Positions 46,679-58,900 of a stretch of 64,000 nucleotides of DNA are shown piece after piece. A model generated the notes under the pieces. That model had not been told where the DNA came from. It saw nothing but the letters and a program-made list of their open reading frames with translations, and made no database searches. The DNA lies in NCBI GenBank assembly GCA_010909165.1, contig MU008158.1:62001-126000 (forward strand), written 5' to 3'. Positions within the stretch are counted from its first letter, which is position 1. The number at the start of each line of letters is the position of its first letter. The position numbers and the translations under genes were made by a program. Source of the stretch: Anthoceros angustus. Taxonomy: Eukaryota > Plantae > Anthocerotophyta.

Positions 46679-49600
46679 TAAGTGTGGCCGCTAGAGGGGA
46701 GGATCTCAAGCCCCGGATTTTCCTACACACTTGGTCCCCTGCTCGCCCACCGGCCTCCTCCCGGTCCGCCGAGCTTGGCCGCCTGCACTATCCTCCACAA
46801 CTGTGGGCTGGAGGTATCCGTCGTGGCTTCCTCCGGACCTCGGACCAATAGGTCCATCCCTGGCTCCGGACCTCGGACCAACAGTCCGCCCCTTGCCCGG
46901 CTGGAAATAGGTCCGCCTTCCTCCCGGCTGGACCAATAGGTCCGCCCCTTGCTCCGAGCTCGGACCAATAGGTCCGCCTCTCCGGCTCTAATAGGTCCGT
47001 CCCTTGCTCCGGAGATCGGACCAATAGGTCCACTCTCTCCTCCGGAGCTCGGACCAATAGGTCCGCCGCCTCTTCCACTACCCGGGCTCTTAAGTCCGGG
47101 ACCTCCAAGGACCCTATCCCTTCCGCCTGGTACCTGCCCGGACACCGCCATTACTCCTCCCCGAGGTCCGGTGTAGAGAGCCTACCTTCTCGCCCTACTC
47201 CGCTGCTGCCTCCTCCCTTCCTTGGTGCCTCCGCCGCCTCCTCTCCAACAAGGCATGGGACCGCCACGCGCCCGACCTCCTCTTCCCGGCTCTCACTCTC
47301 CAGCCGTCCGCCTCCATCACTGGGTGAACCACACCGCCTCGAGCCCAGATGGTAATATGCGGAGTCGGAGTCCACTTGCTGGATGGCTTCCTCCACATGA
47401 GTCCGCAGCATTCCCGCCCAAAGGTTTTCCCAAGAATCGCGGTCGGGTTGCCCATCGCCCATCTCCACTCCGAAGTTCTTCCACCGAGATCCGGCGCATC
47501 CCGGGAGGCTGAAGGAGACCCCGCACAACTCGGAGCCGACGTCATTGGACACCCTCTCCTCTCTTGTTCTTCCGCTGGAGGCCAACCGCCTGGGCCGAGC
47601 TGCCCGGGTCTCCACCTTCAGAATTAGGTGAGCAACTTGTGCCTCGCTCGCCAATGCCGCTGCTTAGTTACCTTTTGGTTGAGAACGGCCATCTCCTCCT
47701 CCAGCCGCCCCGGGAGCGTCACAAGGCGCTGGACCTCGGCTAGCTCTCTGTCGAGCTCAACGATGTTCGCCTCCTCGCTGCCGACGGTCCTCCGCCTCGT
47801 GCATGCCTCGAGACGTTTCTAGCTCAAGGCCTCGACCGCCTGTGGTCCTCAAGTAGACCGTAGCGCCGGTTCTTTCCAGAGCCGGAGCCCGTGATCTCCT
47901 CCCGCCTTCTTCCTCTTGGCGCTACCGGCCCATCCTTTGGAGGTGCTCTTGGAGGCCTTCCCACTCCCTCACCTTCCCTCGCATCTCGCCTCCGGCGCCA
48001 CGCGAGCTTGCTCCGCACCGCTTCCTTTAGGGCGCCTGTAGCTACCTCACCGCCTTCTCCACCGATTCCGTCCCGCTTGTAATGGTCCCGATCGGTTTTG
48101 CAGTGATTTCGGCCTCCTGGCCACCTTCACTGCCTCCGCCTCGCCTTGCTCCTCCTGTGCCTCACCGCCTCGCCTCGTCCGCTTCTCGGCTGGCTCTTCG
48201 CTTGCCGCCTCGAGCCGCTCGCTGCTCGTGATAATTGCGTAACCTTGCTTGCCTTGCCGAAGTGACCTCGCCGCCGCCCGCCATCCGCCGCCTTCCTCAA
48301 TCCGGCGAGGGACTCCGCCTCCTCCGGCCGCCATGCCTCCGCTGGCCCCTCGAGCTCCACCATCCTCCGCCGAGTGGCCTCCACCTCCGAAGCCTTCTCT
48401 GGAGATTCCCCATAGCATGCCGGGCCCATGACGGGTAGCCACTACTGCCGTCTCCTCCACGGCGCCTCACGATACGCCCAGTATCCGTCGGGCCTTCTTG
48501 GGCATCTCCCGATCCGCTAAGCCAGATTGGAGTAGCTCCGGATTAGGGGCTCGGACCCAATCAGACTCCCAAGTCCCGTCTGGTCCTGAGTAGGTCCTTC
48601 CACCTCCTTGGCCTCTTCGCGGCCCTTCTTTCTCCGCCTCCTCCTCTCGGGTCCGCGGTGGTGAGGGGGTCTCGAGCCGGCCTCTTCTCTCCGTAGGGAG
48701 AGGACCGCCCGGGTGCGTCAGCTGACCTCCGGGCGCCTTGGCCGCCTTCCCGCACGGCCCACTAGCCCATCGCCTCGCACCGCGGCGGTAACCCGGCGTA
48801 GGCACCGCCACCGGAGCGTTGGAGTTCCGGGCGCCTGCTTATTCCCCGGTCGCCTTGTCCGCCGAGGCTCGGCGAGTGGGACCTCCACAGTTTGAAAGCT
48901 CTCCCGAGCCGGCACTACCCAACCCGGCCGGTGTGAGGTGGTGCTGGGTGTGGCAAATGGAGGAGGGAAGCGGAATTGTTTCCCGATTGGGGGAAGGGTC
49001 CGTCTGTGCGGATAGAGTCCGTGATGCCTTCCCGCCCTCCTCCTCTGCGTCTGCAGGCTTTTTGCCGGGCCGACTTCTCGTGGCCGCCTCCCATGCTCCG
49101 CCTGTGAAGGGTGACCCGCCCCCACCGGAGAGCTCGCCTCCTTCTCCTTCCTTAGGAGGTCAAGGTGTCTCCGCATACATGCACGATGAATGGAGATAGG
49201 CCCGAGGGCGGAGGCCGTTCACTACGCACTTCACCCCTCGCTGACAAGGGCTGGCGTAGATGATCCGCCTGCCCGCCTTGCCCTCATGAGAGCATGCGAA
49301 AACACTAGAAGATTATCACCCAAGTGATCAACCTTCGTGAGCATGTTCCATGGACAATTATCTTGGCCATCGCTTCTCACCCGCCGGTCCAGAGGTCCGA
49401 CATCACCAAATTTATTTGAAGACCTCGAGACCGGTTCACTGGGGCAGCCTGGCCGCTTCCTTTAGGGCGCCTGTAGCTACTCCACCGCTTCTCCACCGAT
49501 TCTTGTCCCGCTCGGTAATGGTCCCGATCGGTTTTGCAGTGATTTCGGCCTCCTTGGCCACCTTCACTGCCTCCACCTCGCCTTGCTCCTCCAGTGCCTA

Positions 49601-51300
49601 CCGCCTGCCTCGTCCGCTTCCGCTGGCTCTTCGCCGCCTCCCGAGCTGTGCCAGCCTGCTGTCAGACAATTGCGTAACCCTTGTCGTCTTGCCGAAGTGA
49701 CCTCGCCGCCGCCCGCCATCCGCCGCTTCTTCCTCAATCCGGCGAGGGACTCCGCCTTCCTCCGGCGTCGCCATGCCTCCGCTGGCCTCGAGCTCCACCA
49801 TCCTCCGCCGAAAGTGGCTCCACCTCCGAAGTTTTCCGCTGCCCCACAGAGACCCCATAGCATGCCGTCCATGACGGCAGCCACTACTCGCCGTGTCTCC
49901 TCCACGGCGCCCGCCGGCGATACGCCCAGGTATCCGGCTGGGCCTTCGGGCATCTCCCGATCCGCTAAGGACCGCCAGATTGCACTCCGGAGTAGCTCCG
50001 GATTAGGGGCTCCGGACCCAATCAGGACTCCCAAGTCCTGTCCGTCCGGAGTAGGTCCTTCCACCTCCTTGGCCCTCTTCGCGGCCAATTCTTTCTCCGC
50101 CTCCTCCTTCGGTCCGCTGGTGGTGAGGGGGTCCCCGAGCCGGGCTCTTCCTCTCCGTAGGAGAGGACCGGCCCGGGTGCGTTGCTGACCTCTCGGCGCC
50201 TTGGCCGCCTCTCCGCACGCCCACTCAGCCCACTGCCTCGCCACGGCGGGCAGTAACGGCGAGGCACCGCCACGGAGCGTTGGAGTTCCGGGCGCCTGCT
50301 TATTCCCCGGTCGCCTTGTCCGCCGAGGCTCGGCGAGTGGGACCTCCACAGTTTAACGCCTCCGGGTCCCCAGCCCAACCCGGCCTGGTAGCCCGTGAGG
50401 TTGCTGGGTGGTAAGGAGGAGGAAGCGGAATTGTTTCCTTTCGGGGGAAGGGTCCGTCTGTGCGGATAGAGTCCGGATGCCTTCCCGCCCTCCTCCTCTG
50501 CCCAGGCTTTTTGCCGGGCCGACTCGTGTCCAAGTGGCCGCCTCCCTGCTCCGCCTGTGAAGGGTGACCCGCCCCCACCGGAGAGCTCGCTCCTCTTCTC
50601 CTTCCTTTAGGAGGTCAAGGTGTCTCCAGACATGCACGATGAATGGAGATAGGCCCGAGGGCGGAGGCCGTTCACTACGCACTTCAAGCGCCTCGAAGGC
50701 AAGTGGCGTAGATGATCCGCCTGCCCGCCTTGCCCTCATGAGAGCATGCGAAAACACTAGAAGATTATCACCCAAGTGATCAACCTTCGTGAGCATGTTC
50801 CAGTGGACAATTATCTTGGCCACTGCTCTCACCCGCCGGTCCAGGAGGTCCGACATCACCATTTATTTGAAGACCTCGAGACCGGGTCTCATCGGCTCCG
50901 CTTCCACCTTGCCCCGCACCTTGAGGGGTTCTCGCACGCCCCATTTTCGCCACGGGCGGCAGACCGCCTGAAGGACTCCATACCATCGCCGGTCCTCCTC
51001 GTTCTTAGAGCAGACATTTTGCTCAAGCAAGCATCTTCCTCGCATACTCCCATACATGTACGCCATAGGTCCGTGTGGCTGAAAACGCCGAGGTGCCACT
51101 CCCTCAGATCGACGGCCCTCCAGCCATGGACCAAAGTCCGTGTACCGCAGGACGATGTTGCGCCCACCCAGGCTACGGTTCCCATTGCTCCATCGCCTTG
51201 GGACCCATGGAGGCACGCCGCTCACTGCTGAGGAGGGTCGGATTGGTTGTTCGCCCAGGCGCCCCGAGCTCGCGAGCGACGCGGCCGGGTCAATGGTAGA
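46679..51300 (-). pseudogene. E1 protein (paralogue of the E2/E3/E4 ORF), frameshifted; ~1.4 kb internal duplication (48015-49435 / 49450-50885); C-terminus continues at 21325-21080
   Basis: ORFs 50889..51185, 50353..50862 (LSPFIVHVWRHLDLL), 49564..50349 and 47151..47654 (HVEEAIQQVDS). Confidence 0.7.
46842..47066 (-). repeat. ~8 tandem ~30-bp units with palindromic core GGACC-AATA-GGTCC, encoding GPIGP repeats in the E1 protein
   Basis: Directly visible; ORF 46723..47151 reads GGPIGPSSGGESGPIGPISGARDGPI. Confidence 0.85.
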
Positions 51301-52949
51301 CCGCCCGCGCCGAGTTCAAGAGGAGACGCCAGAGCGTGGATGACGGAAAGCGCGAGACCGAGAACTGCCGAGTAGTCTCTGAAGATAGTCCGCGTGCCGG
51401 GTGTGTGGAGCGATTCGCTGCGCTGGAAGACGCCCGCCACCAATACACCCAGCCGCCCCATCGTAGTATCGCACTCACGCCCGCCGCCTTCTGGCGCCGC
51501 CCTTGGGTCGGGTTACCGCCAATAAGGCCGACACTCCGCGCCCCGCCGGTCCGTCATCCACTCAAGACGCCCCCGTGTCCCACTTGCCAACTACGCCTCA
51601 CGCTCACCCCATGGTTATTCCACCGTCGGACTTACCTTAGTCCGCTCCCAAATTACTCCGGCGTTAAGTCCGAGGTACCTGACGTTGTCCGACTCCCCTT
51701 CCTCCGTTCCCCTCTGATCCGCTCCTTTCTGGTCCGTTCGGCCTTATTTGCCCTTCCTTCGCCTTATTCTTCACACGCAAACACTAAAAAAACAAAAAAA
51801 ACTCCTACTTCCTTCCTAAGGGGGGGAGTCTACCGTTCTTCCCTTGTCCACAGCCACGATCCAAGGAGGATGTTCTGCAGAAATTGAGTCGCCTGTTTCT
51901 GGATAGAACAAACTGCCGATGTGGGGGCTTCACCTCCGAAGCGCGGCCACTGTGGCTCAAGCTACACACTTCACATGAATGGAATTGGGATGCGTTGACG
52001 AGACAAAGATGGAACGACTGCGGCATGGGTTCAAGTGCCCTTTCACGTGAATGGCGACGCAACATGGGAGCTGTAGACTTTGAGACAATGAGCTCAACAC
52101 TATTCCTGTCAGACGGCGGAAATGAAGGAGGTTGTTTACACCAAGGGGAAGGCGCCTCCCGAACGCTTTGTTCTCGCTTGCAAGCTTAGGACGATCAAGG
52201 CCGTTGTCGAACTTTATGGATTGTGTGTAATCAACTTTAAATCAAAACACGCATCCCCAAATGCAATGATCGACGCTGTGTCAACCATCTCGACCGCTGG
52301 TGCCGACCACTGCTAGCCAAGACATCCTCCCTTTCCATTGCAGTGTCACCCCTACACTACGCCCAATCTCCGCCGGAAGAGTCGCTACCACGCTGACATA
52401 ACCCGGCAGTTTCCACCGCCGCTTAGCGCATGCATCGCCAACATTGCGCGGTATGGCGTGCTCGCCAACCGTGCTCGTCGCCTACCGAGTTGGGATTGGA
52501 AGAGGTGGCTCCTCGGTCGCAAAATTCGCTGTTTCATGTCCGAGGCGAGGTTCTTGTCAGATGTCGCCGTGATGCGCATCGCTCGGCGAGCCGCTTCTCG
52601 ATCGTTTGGCCGACTTACCCCGAGGGTCATCACGACGGCGGATCTCCATAAGCGTGACGCTTGCCTGGCCCATGGTTTCGCAAGCACGCCCAGTCCTACG
52701 TGTCGTGTTTATGGGTCATGAAGTCATGATTGCACACCGTGGGACGGGCTCGGATAACGGATGTACCACCTTTGCGGCTGTGGTTGCCGTGCCTACCGAT
52801 CACGACGGGAGGATGCCACGAAATGCGATGCGGTGTACATGTATTGTCCTCGCCGCCGCTGTGTCGCGAGCTCGCAGCTCGTATTCAAGACATTTCAAGA
52901 ATTCACTCACCGCGCCACCGCCTGTGCCCGTGGTGGAGTTCTCGCATCA

Positions 52950-55900
52950 ATGGCCAGCAAATGCACTCCAATTCTAGCTTTAAGGTGGTTTTTTGCGGTC
53001 GGCGACACGAGCGCATAGAAGAGCGCGTCTTGACGCCTCCGCACCGACGGATTCGGATACGGCTCGGGGTCCGAGGGAACGAGCGGCCATCCTACCGACC
53101 ACACTAGTAGTTCCGACGACGAAAGTATGGATGAGGGTTCGGAGGTGATGATATGCCCGGCGTGCACCGTGGACGAGTTGGCCACGGATGTTGCAAAGGC
53201 GCGCGTGATGGAGTCCAGACCGCTTGTCGAGTTGGGCGAAACGCTTATACCACATTGAAGAGGAAGTCCAATCGAAAGAAAGCGCTAAGCGAAATAATCG
53301 TTGTTGCGCCGTGGCAAACGATGTATGACATCGTGACGCCGTGTGTGCACTTTTAAAGCTCTTAAGTGTGGATATTTTGCGCCCGAACAAGTCAAGGACA
53401 TGTACGAGGCAAAGTCAAGGTTGCACATGTTTGGGCCAAGATACGTGAAAATCCATGCTTGTGAAAAGATTGTATTCTATTCGGGTGAGTACGCTGGCAG
53501 CGCCCATTGCCCCTGGTGGCACGCCGCGTACAAGGAAGGGTTTGATGAGCGAGCTGTTCCTCGAAGGTCCTCCGCATTTCCTCAAGACGCGATTGAAACG
53601 CATGTCTGAATGCCGGAAATAGCATGATGATGACTTGGTACGTCGGGAGGCAAAGCGAGAATGGGGACATGTCCATGATGGCGACACCCCAACATGGAGA
53701 GTATTTGATGCGCTTGAAGGGTTCGGGATGAACCTCGCAACTTGAGGTTGGCATTATGCATGACGGCTTCAACCCCTTTGGTCACAGTGTCAACACGTCC
53801 ATATGGCCGTTATGCTATTCGCTCACAACATGCCTCCTCGGCTTGCACAAAGGACGCCCATGTCATCATGCCTCTCATTGTACCAGACCGCATGGTAAAA
53901 ATTTTGATGTTTATATGGCGCCCGGTAGAAGAACTGGAAGAGTTGTGGAGAGGGGTGGACATGGAAGACTTTTCAATACCGTGAACGATCCTAGGAGGCA
54001 TTTTAGGTGCGTTCAACGTCATTGCCGACTACCTGTGGTTGCACCGATCGGATTGCAAGTGAAAGGGACCCGGCGTGTGGATTGCCGGCCGGACTGGATT
54101 CCCGCTATTCTCATCAATTAAAAAGCAGTTTATGTTGGCAGAGGTGGTTGCCCGGCGATAGCGGACGGTGGGAAGACGATGGACGGCGGAACTCCCCCAC
54201 CCGTGCCACCAACGCTTGATGATGTGGTGATGATATGGTACGCAGAGAAGGTGCGCCACCGCCGAGATCCGCATGAGGAAATTTTGGAACGCGGATGTCT
54301 TCTGCTTAGGGTGCTCCCATATTGGCGTCACCTTCTTGTGATGGCGCCAAAGGATGTCATGCACGTGGAAAAGAACAATGCAGAGGCCATATGGCACACT
54401 TTGACGGGAGAGCGAGACGACCTAGCATCAAGGATGGACATGGAAGCCAATGGAGGGAAAAGGTGGTTGTGGCGGTAGGAGAGGATCGCCATTGCCCGAG
54501 GCGCCTTACGCTTTAAAAGACGACCTCCAAGTCATAGAGAGAATTAAACGCATAAAGCTGCCCAGCTATGGGTCTAACATAGGAGCGAAATTAGAGGGGG
54601 CAAAGTGGCAGCTTGAAGTGCCATGATCGCACATCATGCTGGAAATCATCTTCCCATCGTCCTTCGGGGTGCATAGACCCGAGGTGTACAAGGCGGTTGT
54701 GAAAATTGGGTCGATCAGACAGATGGATTTGCCACGGACAATACCGCCATGAAATTCAAGCACAACGAGAAGAGGTCGGGGTGATGTGCTCGGAAAAGCA
54801 ATTCCTCCAAAGGTCTTTGATATATCAACCCACCTCATAATACATTTAGTGGACGAGGTGGTGCATTGGGCCAGTGCACACTGTGGATGTATGTGGAGAG
54901 ATACTTAGGATCCGGACAAGGCGCCACCAAACCAGAGTCCAAGATAGCCGTGGGGTATATGAGAGAGGAGAGTATGCATTTCGGCATGTCATTCCTCCTA
55001 CTATGGTCACGTCGGTGGATCATGGAGTCCCGAGGACCGTGTGGGAGAAAAGCTGGTGTCGGCCCCGCATACACAATGGATGCCGCTGAGGTGCGCCAGC
55101 CCATACTTATGTCTTTATCACGAAGGTGATGCAGCCGCTTTTGGACATGTACGAAGAGGTGAGGATGTACGGTGCACATGAGGAACGACGGGTTTCAAGA
55201 GGTGGGTGTAAGAAGGGCGGTGAGCGCTTGGGAGGGGGCATCCTGCTATGACCCAAGTGAGGGCTATAATGGATGGCCTGCTTAGCACCGGCACATAGTC
55301 ACATGTGGAACAAAGGCAGCCACCTCGAGGGAGGCGCATAAACGGCGGAGCACAAAAGATAGTGCAGGTGCGAAAGTTTATCATGGGTGGGACAGGCTGG
55401 GAGCTCAAGAGGAGCGCGTCTTCACGGCCACATAGAGCAAATATCTGGATGCGCTTCTGAGGAGTATAATCCATGAAGGTTGATGGTACGAGTGTCGGCC
55501 AGAGGGACAAGGCCATCGCAAGTCGTACACCGGGTTTGACCTTGTGAATACGAGAAGGTTTCCGTGTATGGTGCACTCCATCGATGGTCCATTTGTGTGG
55601 CCATCGCAGTAACTCGGCATGATGCATCCGGAGATGGATGGAAAAGCAGGGTGGGCCTTGGCCGTGCCTACTCCGGCGAGGGATGGAGAGGAGGAACCCA
55701 TGCGGCACATAGATTGTGGCATGTCGTTTGAGTAGGAACTGATGGGCAAAACCAAGATGCCAAGTGGGCATTAAAGTATTTCCAAACAAACAAGCACGAT
55801 CCAATGGCGGAATGTGCCAATACCCAAGTGACGTGTGGGAATGGTCGAGGAAGTCGATGATTATGTAAAATGGAGTAATGGGGGCATTGAGAGCGCTGCG

Positions 55901-55950
55901 CCATTTGGGCAATATCATACATCACGAGTAACGCAACGTAACCAATGGGA
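52950..55950 (+). pseudogene. CACTA/En-Spm transposase (TnpD; Transposase_21 plus DUF4218/DUF4216-type regions), frameshifted
   Basis: YVKIHACE..FYSGEYAGSAHCP, LRLALC-DGFNPFG..SIWP, LPYWRHLLV..DVMHVEKNNAEAIWHTL and HLI-HLVDEV..WMY-VERYLG are hallmark CACTA transposase motifs. Confidence 0.9.
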
Positions 55951-55999
55951 CATGAAAATTGCTCCACAGCCGAGGTTGTGGTCGAAAATGTTGTGATTA

Positions 56000-58900
56000 T
56001 GGGCAAGTAGCAGTGCAGGCGCTGGTCCCGCCGATAGCGAATGACCACCGGCCTTTGCAAAACAAGCTTTTCAAAATGGCTCTTGAATGCAGGGACTCAT
56101 GGCCTGGCGCCACCCGAGAGGAAGCCATTGCCTTCAAGATGGAACGAAGGCGGTGGACAACGTCTGGTGGAGAGTATGGCCACCGAGGCTTGCCGGGCGT
56201 CGAAAGGCGCCGCGAACACCACGGGCGCGCGACGCGGCCGACGACGATGGACCGACCGGGTGGGGAGGATGGGGGCAACCGGCCTCGGTATCTCGCCATC
56301 CCCGCACCCACCGCTCTTCATTCGACATCGCGACCAAGAAGCGGCCTCCTCATCAAGACCCGAAGGTAAGAGGCGAGGCGAGATGGTGAACAGGAGTTGA
56401 TTTTGACGACGCCGAGATCGAACCTCCCAGGACGGAGTTGGAGCATTGCGAAGAATTGAACGACATAGAGGAGGAGCTATTTACGCCGGATGAGGTTGGT
56501 TGTCGCGAGTCGATTTAACGGCAAGTGATGCGGCAAAGTGTGCACCAAGTGCACACTTTGCCGCAAGTGACGCCGCAAAGTGTGCACACGCTCAAGTTTG
56601 CGCCGGATGAGTGGGCATGGTGGACAAACGGTAACACAGAGCACCGGCATGCCGGCGGTGTTTAAGCATGGGGACAAGGGAGGCAACCTTTCGAGGGCGG
56701 GCGGTGGCGGTGCAAGAAGGGAAAGTGGAATTGGAAGGGCCTACAAGCGAGGCAGGACCGACAATCGACGCATGTGCACTTGATCTCGAATGGCGCAATC
56801 ACGCAAGGGGTGGTGTTCTAACTCGGTGATGATGTGGTCCGATGTGAGTGCGGTGGACAACGATGCCGTTAAAGCCTTGATAAACAAGCATGGGGTGAAA
56901 TGGTCAAGGAGGCCAAAACCACATGAAGCGGGGAGGGACTCATGTTGTTCGGGCCGAGCGAAGCAAGGCACGCAGAATCTGGTACCGTGAGGACGAAGGT
57001 TGTGAATGAACTCGCACCGCAAGATGGCGGGACGCCCAAAGAAGAGAAAGCAGTTAGTGAAACTGTGGTTCAAGCATTCCTGCACTGGTGGTCAAGTCCA
57101 AGATAAGCCGACACTTCTCGCAGATGACGCGGACACGCACTGTGTGGAAGGCGCAAGGCTAGAGGAAATGGTAGAGGGGAGGACATGGGAAGAAACCGAG
57201 CATGGTGGACGAAGAGTGGGAAGATGCACTTGCATGGGCTCGGATGGAGTTGAAGAGGAACGGAAGTTTGAGCCATCAAGTACGAAATCGCAGCAAAAGA
57301 GAGGCTAGCCAAAACGGGGGATGGGTCCAAACCCATGGGGAAAGGGAGGGCGTCTTGGTGGTGAGGTTTGAGAATCAAGATGGCGGTTTCCAACGGAAGA
57401 AGAGGCAGTATGGGAGGTTGAAGAGGACGATTTCCATGCACTGTGGGCGGTCCGCGATAGTGGGGTTCTGCGAGTTCCTACAGCTGGTAAGGCAGGAGTG
57501 TATGACAAGACACCGTAGATTCGCCATTGCAAGGAGAACAAGGAAATGACCATTTTGCTTAATGACATTGAATTGGAGATGGATCCCGATATGGTGGCCT
57601 TCCGAGGCGACGGAAGGAAGGGGTGGAGGCAGCAGCACGTGGTGGCGATGTGACGTGAGAGGCTAGGAAGGAATGCAGATGGCACCAAGGGGCTTGGGGG
57701 AGGAGGAGAGGAGGCGGGCACAACGTATTGGAAGGGGGAAAGGCGAAACAAGAGTGAAGTGGAGACGGGCCACCGAGGGCGCAAGGTGAGGGGAGGCAGC
57801 AGGGGGGGAAACGATCGACAGGGATTTAAATTGTGGTGCCCGCGACACCACGATCGCCTGTGTTTGGTGGAAGCATGCCCGGAATGGTGTGAATGGAGGC
57901 AGGACGCCACGACGACGCAAGCACTTGATCTCGAATGGCGCAATCAATTTCGCAAGGGGTGGTGTTCTAACTCGCGGTGATGATGCCAGTGGCGGCGCCG
58001 CGGTGAGTGCGGTGGACAACGATGCCGTTAAAGCCTTGATAAACAAGCATGGGGTGAAATGGTCAAGGAGGCCATGCAAAACCACATGAAGCGGGGAGGG
58101 ACTCATGTTGTTATGGCCGAGCGAAGCAAGGCACGCAGAATCTGGTACCGTGAGGACGAAGGTTGTGAATGAACTCGGCACTGCAAGATGGCGGGACGTT
58201 AAAGAAGAGAAAGCACGGTTAGTGAAATCCGTGTCTGAAGCATTCCCAGACCTGGTGGTCAAGTCCAGCATAAGCCGACACTTCTCGCAGATGACGCGAC
58301 ACGCAATTCTCGATGTGGGGAAGACTTAGAGGAAATGGTAGAGGGGGGGGGAGGACATGGGAAGAAACCGAGCATGGTCGATGACGAAGAGTGGGAAGAT
58401 GCACTTGCATGGGCTCGGATGGAGTTGAAGAGGAACGGAAGTTTGAGCCATCAAGTACGAAATCGCAGAAAAGAGAGGCTAGCCAAAACGGGATGGGTCC
58501 AAACCCATGGGGAAAGGGAGGGCGTGGCGGGTGGTGAGGTTTGAGAATCAAGATGGCGGTTTCCAACGGAAGAAGAGGCAGTATGGGAGGTTGAAGAGGA
58601 CGATTTCCATGCAGCCTGTGGGCGGTCCGCGATAGTGGGGTTCTGCGAGTTCCTACTGGTAAGGCAGGTGGAGTGTATGACAAGACACCGTAGATTCGCC
58701 ATTGCAAGGAGAACAAGGAAATGACCATTTTGCTTAATGACATTGAATTGGAGATGGATCCCGATATGGTGGCCTTCCGAGGCGACGGAAGGAAGGGGTG
58801 GAGGCGCAGTGGTGCACGTGGTGGCGTGGACGTGGAGAGGCTAGGAAGGAATGCAGATGGCACGGAAGGGGCTTGGGAGGAGGAGGAGAGGAGGCGGGCA

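Larger units (their letters stand above)
20335..51830 (-). mobile_element. Element E1: pol-less single-ORF unit, LTR-like 3' region at ~20335-21100; contains E3
   Basis: 8-bp direct repeat TACCGTTC at 20327-20334 and 51831-51838. Both ends are homologous in reverse complement to E2, e.g. ATCATCCGATTGGGTGC (21169-21185 minus strand, 43991-44007 plus strand). GTATAAGGGGG at 20966-20976 on the minus strand. Confidence 0.75.
20005..52316 (+). pseudogene. Unknown inner-CACTA gene split by E1 (20005-20334 joined to 51839-52316)
   Basis: Removing 20335-51838 restores the in-frame reading ...YYLAVHGVPFFPCPQPRSKEDVLQKLSRLFLDRT, continuous with ORF 51884..52189. Confidence 0.5.

Noticed and set aside
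46842-47066. CRISPR-like array of palindromic repeats
   Set aside because: Spacers are short and similar to one another, the context is a eukaryotic transposon, no cas genes are present, and the repeat is translated in frame.
51818-51830. PPT-like AAGGGGGGGAGTC, suggesting E1 is a plus-strand LTR element lacking its 3' LTR
   Set aside because: The tract is interrupted or absent in E2-E4, no PBS follows the other end, and the conserved TATA-like box points the opposite way. Kept only as a minor alternative.
20335-51830. DIRS/Ngaro, Penelope-like or Replitron identity for E1-E4
   Set aside because: No tyrosine recombinase, RT, GIY-YIG or HUH motifs, and no split direct or inverted terminal repeats were visible. 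Cannot be fully excluded for non-autonomous derivatives.
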